This document shows, piece after piece, positions 18,581 to 27,330 of a stretch of 64,000 bases of DNA. The notes below the pieces were generated by a model. That model was not told the DNA's origin. It did not search any database and was given only the letters and a program-made list of their open reading frames with translations. Position numbers and translations under genes: made by a program. Every line of letters starts with the position of its first letter. Within the stretch, counting starts at the first letter, position 1. The stretch covers positions 1 through 64,000 of the forward strand of contig JBBIRR010000024.1 of NCBI GenBank assembly GCA_037441705.1, given 5' to 3'. Source of the DNA: Ignavibacteriales bacterium. GTDB taxonomy: Bacteria; Bacteroidota; Ignavibacteria; UBA10030; UBA6906.

Positions 18581-20023
18581 CTATAATGCAACACAGATAT
18601 TTTTTGGTTCGGTGAAAAAGCGCAGTGCTTCCCATCCTCCTTCACGACCGACGCCGGAGTTTTTCATCCCGCCGAACGGCGTTCGCAGGTCACGCACCAT
18701 CCAACAATTGACCCACACGATGCCGGCTTGAAGCTCTGCTGCAATACGATGCGCCCGAGCAAGATTGTTCGTCCAGAGAATCGCCGCCAGGCCGTACGGT
18801 GTGCTGTTCGCGTATGCGAGGACCTCTTCCTCTTCGTCGAAGGGAATCAGTGTCACAATGGGACCGAAGATCTCTTCCTGGTTCGTCCGACAATTGTATG
18901 GCAGCCCTTCGATCACCGTCGGTCCGAAGAACCAACCGTACTTGCAGCGACCATCAAGATAGACACGCTTGCCGCCGCAAAGAATCTTTCCGCCCTCCGA
19001 TTCAGCAAGCGTCATGTACGAAAGAATCTTGTTGAGATGAGGAAGGGAATTGATCGCACCGATGTCGGTTGTTCGTTCGAGCGGATCGCCGACCCGCAAC
19101 TGTTTGGTGCGGACGACAAAATCCTCTTTGAATCGCTTGTACAGCGGGCGCTCGATGAAGATGCGCGAGCCGCAGAGGCAAATCTCCCCTTGATTCTGAA
19201 ACGACGAACGGATGGTTGTCTCCAACATCTTCTCGTACTCGCAGTCCGCGAAGATGATGGTGGGATTCTTTCCCCCCATCTCTAACGAGAGTTTCTTGAA
19301 CATCGGAGCGGCAACCCGCGCGATCTCGCCGCCCGTTTTGGTTCCGCCGGTGAACGTGATGGCAGTGATCTCCGGATGCGCTGTGATTGCAGCCCCGGCT
19401 TTGGTGCCGTAGCCGTGCACGATGTTCAACACGCCGGGCGGGAGCTTCGCTTCGATGCACAAGCGCGCAAGCATCGAGGCAGTCATCGGCGTCAGCTCGG
19501 ATGGCTTTCCGACGACGCAATTGCCCGCCGCGAGTGCGGGAGCGATCTTCCAGGTGAAGAGGTAGAGAGGCAGATTCCAGGGAGAGATTGCGCCCACGAC
19601 ACCCAACGGCTGACGCAGTGTGTAGTTGATTGCCGTGTTCTCCATCGGGTGTGCTTCACTGGCAAATGCGACGATCGCCGAGGCGAAGAACCGGAGATTG
19701 CGCGCCGCGCGAGGAATGTCGATTTCTCTCGCGAGCCACACCGGTTTGCCCTGGTCCATGGATTCTGCAAGGGCAAGTTCATCGAGGTCACGCTCGATCA
19801 GGTCGGCAATGCGTTGAAGGACGCGCGCACGTTCTTCGGCGGGCATTCTCGACCACGAAGAAAACGCTTTGCGTGCCGCGTCAACCGCCAGCTGAACGTC
19901 GCGCTCATCCGAATCCGGCAACATCGAGTACACTTCCCCTGTTGCCGGATTGTAATTCTGGATGTACTGCCCGGACACAGGGGCGAAGAATTTGCCGTCG
20001 ATGTAGTTGCGAAGTTGTTCCAT
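18581..20023 (-). CDS. 2-aminomuconate semialdehyde dehydrogenase (ALDH8-like)
   Basis: SPWNLPLYL, LEMGGKN, GEICLCGSR, RDLRTPFGG; operon context. Confidence 0.88.
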   Translation of the reverse strand: MEQLRNYIDGKFFAPVSGQYIQNYNPATGEVYSMLPDSDERDVQLAVDAARKAFSSWSRMPAEERARVLQRIADLIERDLDELALAESMDQGKPVWLAREIDIPRAARNLRFFASAIVAFASEAHPMENTAINYTLRQPLGVVGAISPWNLPLYLFTWKIAPALAAGNCVVGKPSELTPMTASMLARLCIEAKLPPGVLNIVHGYGTKAGAAITAHPEITAITFTGGTKTGGEIARVAAPMFKKLSLEMGGKNPTIIFADCEYEKMLETTIRSSFQNQGEICLCGSRIFIERPLYKRFKEDFVVRTKQLRVGDPLERTTDIGAINSLPHLNKILSYMTLAESEGGKILCGGKRVYLDGRCKYGWFFGPTVIEGLPYNCRTNQEEIFGPIVTLIPFDEEEEVLAYANSTPYGLAAILWTNNLARAHRIAAELQAGIVWVNCWMVRDLRTPFGGMKNSGVGREGGWEALRFFTEPKNICVAL

Positions 20024-20094
20024 AACGAATCGTCATCCACGAAGCACACGAAATGGCCGAAGGCCGTCGCCATTCCCTCTGCCGTGAGAGCAAC

Positions 20095-20883
20095 CTATAG
20101 GCACAGCGTCCTTCCGCCATCCACCGGCAGGTTGATACCGTTGATGTACGACGCGGCCGGCGTTGCAAGAAACGCTACCGCCGCGCCAAACTCCTGCGGC
20201 ATGGCAAAGCGCCCGGCGGGGATTTCGGCGATCATTGCGCGAGTGATCTCTTCAACCGATGTTCCTGTTTTCTCCGCCTTTGCACGAATGAGTGAGTCAA
20301 GCCGGCTCGTTTTCGTCATGCCCGGCAGCACATTGTTCACCGTAATCCCGAACGGCGCCAACTCACCGGCAAGGGTCTTCGCCCACGATGCCACCGCACC
20401 GCGAATCGTGTTGGAAACACCGAGTCCGGCAATCGGTTGCTTCACGGACGTGGAGATGATGTTGATGATGCGTCCGTAGCCTGCGGCTTTCATGCCGGGG
20501 ACGACGGCTTGCACGAGAATATGATTGCAGACGAGATGTTGTGCAAAGGCCTTCGTGAACTCTTCTACCTGCGCTTCAACAATCTCTCCGCCGGGAGGCC
20601 CGCCCGAGTTGTTGACAAGAACATGAATGGGCGCGTGCCCCGCGAGATACTCGTGTACTCGTTCCTTCAGAACAGAAGGCTGAGTAAAGTCAGCAACGAT
20701 ATAGTCGTGCTGCTGACCTTTCGACGCGTCCAGCTCCTTGCATACACTCTTGAGGGCCTCGCCGTTGCGCGCCAGAAGAGTAACCGAACACCCTAACAAC
20801 GCAAGCTCGACCGCGGATGCTTTACCCAATCCTTGCGTGCTGCCGCAGACAAACGCCCGTTTGCCGGTCAGGTCCAGATTCAT
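20095..20883 (-). CDS. SDR oxidoreductase
   Basis: GSTQGLG, NNSGGPP, GRIINI, SNTIR (atypical YxxxK). Confidence 0.9.
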   Translation of the reverse strand: MNLDLTGKRAFVCGSTQGLGKASAVELALLGCSVTLLARNGEALKSVCKELDASKGQQHDYIVADFTQPSVLKERVHEYLAGHAPIHVLVNNSGGPPGGEIVEAQVEEFTKAFAQHLVCNHILVQAVVPGMKAAGYGRIINIISTSVKQPIAGLGVSNTIRGAVASWAKTLAGELAPFGITVNNVLPGMTKTSRLDSLIRAKAEKTGTSVEEITRAMIAEIPAGRFAMPQEFGAAVAFLATPAASYINGINLPVDGGRTLCL

Positions 20884-21932
20884 TTCTCAGCCACCTCAGT
20901 CGCTGCGTTCACCGTGTGCCAGAATGCAACATGCTTCTTCACCTCTTCGGGAAGGTCGGGCAGCTCGGAGCGCGGGATCAGGTAGTTGGAGATGGTGAGC
21001 AAATCGGAGAACACTTTGTGCGGCTCGAGCGTCCCTTTGAGGTACTCGTAGCCCGATGACCCTCCCGTGCCGGTCTTCGTGCCGATCATGCGCTGCACCA
21101 TCAAGGCGTGGTTGTAGCGCCACGCGGTGAATTGCTCGTCCATCTCAATCAGCGCCGTCAGCAGCTCGAACGGCGGATGCAGAATCGGCTCGTCGCGATA
21201 GAGCGAGATGAACAGCGCCGCCACCATGGCTTTGCGCGAGAAGCGTCGCTTGTTTTCCCTTCTCAAGCTTTCGTGAACCGCATCGTCCAGAATTGCTTTG
21301 AGATCAATCTCGGCCATGCGGAGCCCTTCGCCCGAACGCCGAACGGCCTTCTCATACTCTCCCAAGAAATCGAAGCCATGAAACGAGAGAAACGGCGTCC
21401 GTTCCAGCCAATCTTCGATGACGTCAAACAACGTCGGTTCCTGCTCCGATTGCCGTACGATGCGCTGGTGTTCTTCGGAAAGATTCGCATAGTACGGCTC
21501 GCCGGGCTTGTACACATGACGATGCGACGGTCGTACGCCAATGCGGTTCTCCACCAACCGGAACTGATAGCTCTGAAAACCCGAAGCCGGATAGAGCAGG
21601 TCTCGAAACTCCAGAAAATCCAACGGCGTCATCGTTTCCAGAATCCGAATTTGTGCAAGAAGAAGCTTCTGGATCTCCGCTATCCGATGCAGCCGATGCA
21701 CGGCAATATGCACCTGTCGCTCATCAACCAAGTCCGAGTGAAATGCCTGGATCACGGCATCCAGTTCATACAGGATTTGCTTGAACCACAACTCGTACGC
21801 CTGGTGGACGATGATGAAGAGCATCTCATCATGCGCGGGACGTCCATGCCGGGCACTTTCCGGCTGCTGACATGAAAGCAGCTTCTCGAGTTGAAGATAA
21901 TCGCTATAGTACAACGGCGGATGGGATTTCAT
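20880..21932 (-). CDS. kynA: Tryptophan 2,3-dioxygenase
   Basis: YSDYLQL, HDEMLFIIVHQAYELWFKQ, SGFQS, GTGGSSGYEYL. Confidence 0.95.
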   Translation of the reverse strand: MKSHPPLYYSDYLQLEKLLSCQQPESARHGRPAHDEMLFIIVHQAYELWFKQILYELDAVIQAFHSDLVDERQVHIAVHRLHRIAEIQKLLLAQIRILETMTPLDFLEFRDLLYPASGFQSYQFRLVENRIGVRPSHRHVYKPGEPYYANLSEEHQRIVRQSEQEPTLFDVIEDWLERTPFLSFHGFDFLGEYEKAVRRSGEGLRMAEIDLKAILDDAVHESLRRENKRRFSRKAMVAALFISLYRDEPILHPPFELLTALIEMDEQFTAWRYNHALMVQRMIGTKTGTGGSSGYEYLKGTLEPHKVFSDLLTISNYLIPRSELPDLPEEVKKHVAFWHTVNAATEVAEK

Positions 21933-22069
21933 ATCAACCCTGAAACTGAATGGAGGAGTGCTCAGGTAGGTAATCAAAAGTCTTGGACAAAAGCAAGACG
22001 TGATTTACTCACGAAGCAAATCGATTGACTTTCGACGGCAACTGTGCAAAATTTTTTGGGCGTGTTACC

Positions 22070-22325
22070 ATGGACAGATTCCAGAAGCTCATTGAACAGA
22101 TTCTTCTTGCCCAGTCGGACGCGAACATAGCGTTCGATGACTTATGTGGATTGCTGGAATGATTGGGCTTCGAAAAGCGCGTTCGTGGCGCGCATTATAT
22201 TTTTCGGCGACCTGGAATTGAAGAACGTATAAACCTCCAACGTGATTGGATCGAAAGCAAAGCGATATCAGGTGAAGCAGGTTCGCAATCTCTTACTCAA
22301 GTACCAGCTGACGAAGTTGCCATGA
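22070..22325 (+). pseudogene. hicA: HicA toxin, inactivated
   Basis: SDANIAFDDLCGLL, then TGA at 22160, LGFEKRVRGAH, a frameshift near 22247, then KAKRYQVKQVR. Confidence 0.8.
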
Positions 22326-22537
22326 ATTCCAAATATGAAATCATCTTTTACTGGAGCATGGAAGACGAGGTTTTCATCGCCGAGGTTCCCGACCTTCCCG
22401 GATGCATTGCTCATGGAGATACGCAGGAAGCAGCTTTGCAGAATGTGAAGGAGGCTATTCAACTCTGGATTGATACCGCAAAAGAATACGGTGACCCCAT
22501 TCCCGACCCAAAGGGCAGGCGGTTGACGCTAGCATAA
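22322..22537 (+). CDS. hicB: HicB antitoxin
   Basis: YEIIFYWS...AEVPDLPGCIAHGDTQEAAL...PIPDPKG. Confidence 0.9.
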   Translation: MNSKYEIIFYWSMEDEVFIAEVPDLPGCIAHGDTQEAALQNVKEAIQLWIDTAKEYGDPIPDPKGRRLTLA

Positions 22538-22567
22538 ACAGCCACCAACAACGCCGTGCTAAAACAC

Positions 22568-22596
22568 AAGGGACTCTCGCGAGTCCCTTATCTTTT
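22568..22596. terminator. Probable bidirectional terminator
   Basis: AAGGGACTC-TCGC-GAGTCCCTT between convergent genes. Confidence 0.6.
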
Positions 22597-22622
22597 CGAT
22601 TCCATCAAGCCGGGCAAAAGCC

Positions 22623-24173
22623 TCAGCGCACCAACATGAGTTTCTTCGCATCCGAGAAACTTCCTGCCTGCAGTCGGTACACGTACATTCCGCTTGCGAG
22701 CCTCCCGGCATCGAAGCGTGTCTTGTAGGAGCCGGCTTCCAGGGTCTCCGATACGAGAGTTTCCACTTCACGTCCGAGGAGATCATACACCTTCAGCGTC
22801 ACGAATTCCTTCTGCGGAAGGGCAAACTCGATCGTGGTGGCTGGGTTGAATGGGTTAGGATAGTTTTGCTTGAGCGCGTAGACTTCAGGCAGCAGATTCG
22901 GTGTCTGTTCTACGTTTGTCGTTGCGAAGTAGCTATCATAGTACACTTTCCGCTGGGCGCCATCGAGTCCTACCCAGAGGACACCAAGCTCGCCCGATCC
23001 GGCGTAGTATTCAAAGATGCTCGGGATGTAGTTTCGCGGTGACCACGTGAGCGGATGATCGCTGATGCGCCGCCGCCCGGAAACGGTCGAAGGAGATCCT
23101 TTAGCGAGAAAGCCATACATCACTTTGTCGGTGTTGTTATCTACAGTTGCTCCGAGACTGTCGGCGTAGTAGATAAAGTCCACCCCGCCCGCACCGACGA
23201 TGTAGTTGGTGACATCGAACCAGTATTCATCAATCGCAGCATTGCCCGCAGCAAGGAACGGCGCATCGAAGGAGACGCCGGAATTCGTACTCACGCGGCA
23301 CTGGATATCAATCGCCCCGGTAGAGCCGCGCGTGTTGAAGAACCAGACCACGTTGTCCACCTTGACAGATTTGTACTCGCCGCGGAATACGGTTGTATCG
23401 GTTTCCACATCAATGAATGCAATGGACGAAAGGTTTCCCGGAGCAACCTCCCGATACCGAGCTTGCCTGATAACCGACCTGAGCGTATCGGGTTTCACAG
23501 GACCGAAGTAGTTCAAAATGAGTGTATCAAGACCGGCGGCCCGGGTGTTCAAGAACACACGCGGGTATGATCCGGCACTGGTCACCGTCCCTCGCTGAGG
23601 CCAGGTGGCACCAAAATCGGCTGAAGCAGCGCGGAAGATCCGGTTGTCGGGAAGGTAGTCGTAAAAGATATACATCCCTCCCTGACTCGAAGTTGCGACA
23701 TCAAAGTCGCGGATATTCGTCGAATCAAACTGTCGAATCGTGGCAGTTTCGATATTCCAGTAGTACACCAACCCATTGCCGCCAAACGAACTGGTCAGGA
23801 AGAAAAGGTAGAGCGAATCGTTGGAAGCCCGGACCATTTTCTGCTTGGTGACGACAAATGCAGGCTGCACAGTTTGGAACATTGACCAGGTCGCTCCAAA
23901 ATTCGTTGTTTTGTACACAACGATACCGCGATTGGAGACGATACCGGTATCGGGGACGGCAACGTACCCGGTTCCGTTGGCCCTACCTGCACCGATAGGA
24001 TTGGCAAGCGGTTCCCTGTTCGTGATGGCAACGTCGCCACCCCACTCAGGATTGGCGACCGGCAAGAACTCCCCTGGTACCGGCACGACTCTGAGATTGC
24101 GAGCGACCTCTTGAGCATGCCCAAGAAGAACGGCAGCAACCATCAGCATGCAAACGTTTGCAAGCAAGCGCAT
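22623..24173 (-). CDS. Secreted protein with BNR-like boxes and T9SS C-terminal domain
   Basis: Signal peptide; TTNFGATW; QNYPNPFNP...KKLMLVR. Confidence 0.88.
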   Translation of the reverse strand: MRLLANVCMLMVAAVLLGHAQEVARNLRVVPVPGEFLPVANPEWGGDVAITNREPLANPIGAGRANGTGYVAVPDTGIVSNRGIVVYKTTNFGATWSMFQTVQPAFVVTKQKMVRASNDSLYLFFLTSSFGGNGLVYYWNIETATIRQFDSTNIRDFDVATSSQGGMYIFYDYLPDNRIFRAASADFGATWPQRGTVTSAGSYPRVFLNTRAAGLDTLILNYFGPVKPDTLRSVIRQARYREVAPGNLSSIAFIDVETDTTVFRGEYKSVKVDNVVWFFNTRGSTGAIDIQCRVSTNSGVSFDAPFLAAGNAAIDEYWFDVTNYIVGAGGVDFIYYADSLGATVDNNTDKVMYGFLAKGSPSTVSGRRRISDHPLTWSPRNYIPSIFEYYAGSGELGVLWVGLDGAQRKVYYDSYFATTNVEQTPNLLPEVYALKQNYPNPFNPATTIEFALPQKEFVTLKVYDLLGREVETLVSETLEAGSYKTRFDAGRLASGMYVYRLQAGSFSDAKKLMLVR

Positions 24174-24277
24174 AGAACCTCCTTATGATGGGTAAAGGGA
24201 CGGATGGAATAGTTCCGTGGTGGTGGTCCACACGAGGATATTAGGCAATTATGGCCTCTCATGCAACTTTTGTGTGT

Positions 24278-25198
24278 TCACAACATCGTCATGATGTGAC
24301 GCTCAACACTCCTTGCCAATGCGTCGAGATGATATCCCCCTTCCAGTACGGATACAATCGGCGCAATGCCATTCACCAAGGAAGTCATTCTCGCATAAGA
24401 TTCATCAGTAAGCCTCATGCCGCCGAGCGGGTCATCGCGGTGAGCATCGAATCCTGCGGAGATGATGAGCAGGTCCGGCGTGAACTCCTGCAGCGCAGGG
24501 AGGATTTCTCGATCAAACGCTTCCACGTAGCGCTCTTCGCCCGTACCGGCGGGCAGGGGAATATTCAGCGTAAAGCCTTTCCCCCTCCCGACTCCCCGCT
24601 CTTCCCGCGACCCCGTACCCGGATAAAATGGATACTGATGCAGGCTGATGTAGAAAACTGTAGGATCATCCTCAAAGATATGTTGGGTACCATTCCCGTG
24701 GTGCACGTCCCAATCAAGAATAGCAACTTTCTGCACGCCGTGCCGACGTTGGGCATAGCGCGCACCAACTGCAACGTTATTGAACAGGCAGAAGCCCATC
24801 GCCCGGTCACGCTCGGCATGATGACCCGGTGGACGAACGGCGCAGAACGCAGCGTCGATCTTTCCTTCTTGAACAGCATCAACGGCCGTGATAACCGCAC
24901 CCGCCGCAAGCACTGCAGCATCGAACGATTCTCGCACGGCGTGCGTGTCTCCTTCATCCAACATGCCGCCGCCGCGCAAGCATACCTCCTTCAATATCAC
25001 AAAGTGCTCGCGACTGTGAACCGCAAGAATATCGTCTTCCTTCGCAGGACTTGGTTGGAGGTGCGTGAGGTTTTGCCACAGGGGCGTCTCCTTCAAGTGC
25101 TGCACAAGATGGCGAAGCCGTTCGGGACGTTCCGGATGTCCCGGCGGCGTGCGATGCGCGAGAAACTTTTCGTCATAAACAAATCCGATGCGTGCCAT
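24278..25198 (-). CDS. Histone deacetylase family protein
   Basis: HPERPER, RPPGHHA, GFCLFNN, DVHHGNGTQ, SAGFDAH, LEGGY. Confidence 0.93.
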   Translation of the reverse strand: MARIGFVYDEKFLAHRTPPGHPERPERLRHLVQHLKETPLWQNLTHLQPSPAKEDDILAVHSREHFVILKEVCLRGGGMLDEGDTHAVRESFDAAVLAAGAVITAVDAVQEGKIDAAFCAVRPPGHHAERDRAMGFCLFNNVAVGARYAQRRHGVQKVAILDWDVHHGNGTQHIFEDDPTVFYISLHQYPFYPGTGSREERGVGRGKGFTLNIPLPAGTGEERYVEAFDREILPALQEFTPDLLIISAGFDAHRDDPLGGMRLTDESYARMTSLVNGIAPIVSVLEGGYHLDALARSVERHIMTML

Positions 25199-25327
25199 GA
25201 ACCGATGTATCGCGTGGTGAAGGATGATGGAAGTCTGTGATACAAGATAACAAGTATGAGCAGAGATTCAATCATCTTCGGAGAGTGATTCTATTCCTTC
25301 TGGGATTCATTGCTTCACGCGCACACA

Positions 25328-26026
25328 ATGAAATTCTCGACGAAGCTTCTTGGGGGAAAGCTCGTCAAGCGGTACCGACGTTTCCTGGTGGACGTCCAGC
25401 TTGAGGATGGTTCTACGGTCACTGCTCATTGTCCCAACTCGGGAACGATGGTAGGCTGTTGCGAGCCGGGACGGCCCGTCTTGCTCTCTGAAAGCAAAGA
25501 TCCTCACCGACGCAACGCGTACACGTGGGAGATGATCAACATGAACGGAACGTGGGTTGGTGTCAATGTCTCCGTGCCGAGAAAAGTCGTGGCCGAGAGC
25601 CTTCGCCAGAAACACATCCCTCCCTTTGCCGCCTTCACCGACCTGACACTCGATGCCGAGTATGGACACCGAAAGACAGTTGACATTCTCATGCAGGGAC
25701 CCGATCAGAATCTCTTCATGAACGTTTATCATGTGGCGTGGGTCGAGAACGGCGTTGCCAGGTTTCCCGAAACCCCGAACGCGCGCGCACGCAAGGGGCT
25801 TGCTGACCTGACCGAAGTCGCCGAACAGGGGCATCGAGCCGTTGCGTTCTTCTTTGTTCAGCGTGGGGATTGCGGCGTGCTTGCCCCCGCCGTTGATGTT
25901 GATCCGGAATTTGGCAAAATTGTCCGCAAAGCACAGCGGCAGGGCGTTGAACTGATGGCGTATCGCGCCGACGTGAGTCCCGATGGCATCTTCCTCGGCG
26001 TGCCTATCCCCTGCGCTCTCGATTGA
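25328..26026 (+). CDS. sfsA: DNA/RNA nuclease SfsA
   Basis: RYRRFLVDV, AHCPNSGTM, FPETPNARARK, FFVQR. Confidence 0.88.
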   Translation: MKFSTKLLGGKLVKRYRRFLVDVQLEDGSTVTAHCPNSGTMVGCCEPGRPVLLSESKDPHRRNAYTWEMINMNGTWVGVNVSVPRKVVAESLRQKHIPPFAAFTDLTLDAEYGHRKTVDILMQGPDQNLFMNVYHVAWVENGVARFPETPNARARKGLADLTEVAEQGHRAVAFFFVQRGDCGVLAPAVDVDPEFGKIVRKAQRQGVELMAYRADVSPDGIFLGVPIPCALD

Positions 26027-26045
26027 TCCGAACGCCAAGCGCGGC

Positions 26046-26450
26046 ATGTCTGTTTCTACCGATCAACTCAAAGAAGTTCTTTCTGATATCGTTGAAGGAA
26101 AGATTGTCAAGCGGGCGCGGCATGAGCTGCGCTGGGAAACGCGTGACGTCTCCTCCGAATTCGTTGACGTACTTGTCGAGCACGGCTACCGCGCATCAAC
26201 CGTTGCAACGATCGATGTGCAACCGGGCGAACGCGTGCCTGCGTTCTATCTCGAAAATGCCACCGCCTACTTCGGCTGGGTGTTCTGGGAAAAATTCACA
26301 CAGCTCCGCCTGAGAAAACTCTTCGGCTCCGTTGTCCGCAACGCCAAAGGCGACTGGGCAATTCAAATCTCCGACAAACGTAATACCGTCATCTATGCTA
26401 ATCCGTCGCTGAAGTCGGAAATGGATATCGAAAGTCCTTCCGGCTTTTGA
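26046..26450 (+). CDS. Hypothetical protein
   Basis: Co-oriented ORF filling the gap between sfsA and the glycosylase gene. Confidence 0.7.
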   Translation: MSVSTDQLKEVLSDIVEGKIVKRARHELRWETRDVSSEFVDVLVEHGYRASTVATIDVQPGERVPAFYLENATAYFGWVFWEKFTQLRLRKLFGSVVRNAKGDWAIQISDKRNTVIYANPSLKSEMDIESPSGF

Positions 26451-26457
26451 TTCGCCG

Positions 26458-27312
26458 ATGCCCGAACTCCCCGACCTTCTCTACATCCAGAAATACCTCC
26501 GCAGCGAAGTTTGCGGACGGACGATCACTGCTGCTGTCGTCAAGCAGCCGGTCGTCCTGCGTGTGGCGATTGATGAACCGTTCGATAAGGCTGTGACGGG
26601 AAAACGAATCCAGGCATGCGAACTCCATGGACCCTTTCTTCGGCTCGAGCTTTCGGAAGACCGGGATCTGGTGTTGAATCTCATGCTCGCTGGAAAACTG
26701 CAACACCAGAAGCCAAACGACAGGCCCGAAGGGTTTCTCTGTTTCTCGCTCACGCTCGACGACGAATCAAAACTCAACCTCTGCGATGAGCAAAAGATGG
26801 CGAAGGCGTATATCGTTAGGAGAGGCGGCGTCAGCGTCATCCCAAAATACACGGAGCAGGGCGTTGGGGTGTTGAGCAAAGAGTTTACGCTTCCGCTGTT
26901 CAAGCAGCTTGCGGCTGCTCACGCCGGCAAGCAGGTGAGAGTCTTCATCAACGACCAGACCATCCTCAGTGCCATCGGCAACGCCTATGCCGATGAAATC
27001 CTTTTCGAGGCACGCATCCACCCCAAGACGTTCGTCCGGAAACTTTCGGACGAGGAGTTGGAACGTCTCTACCACGCTATCGGTTCTGTTCCGCAGTGGG
27101 GGATCGCCCACGTCGAGCAGGCGGCGCAACCCATTCATGTCAAAGTCCGTACGCACATGCGGGTCAGGAACAGGCGGGGTGAACCCTGCCCGCGCTGCGG
27201 CACAACGATCCGGCGAGAAGGCGTGCGCGGCTTCGACGTGTTCTTCTGCCCGACGTGTCAGCCCCCATCGCGGCGACATTTTCTTGAATGGAATACGCGA
27301 CATCAACCATAA
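26458..27312 (+). CDS. Fpg/Nei-family DNA glycosylase
   Basis: MPELP N-terminus, IGNAYADEILF, CPRCG...CPTCQ zinc finger. Confidence 0.9.
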   Translation: MPELPDLLYIQKYLRSEVCGRTITAAVVKQPVVLRVAIDEPFDKAVTGKRIQACELHGPFLRLELSEDRDLVLNLMLAGKLQHQKPNDRPEGFLCFSLTLDDESKLNLCDEQKMAKAYIVRRGGVSVIPKYTEQGVGVLSKEFTLPLFKQLAAAHAGKQVRVFINDQTILSAIGNAYADEILFEARIHPKTFVRKLSDEELERLYHAIGSVPQWGIAHVEQAAQPIHVKVRTHMRVRNRRGEPCPRCGTTIRREGVRGFDVFFCPTCQPPSRRHFLEWNTRHQP

Positions 27313-27330
27313 CAATCATCACCTAAAGGC

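Noticed and set aside
12240-20479. Long plus-strand ORFs opposite the kynurenine genes
   Set aside because: Antisense shadows expected from GC-rich codon usage; no recognisable motifs.
4537-22162. TGA recoding suggested by two in-frame TGAs (4537, 22160)
   Set aside because: Many intact genes here end in TGA, hicA also carries a frameshift, and neither site looks like a Cys/Sec position.
22163-22537. 124-aa HicA-HicB fusion in the ORF track
   Set aside because: Produced by the hicA frameshift; hicB has its own ATG at 22322.
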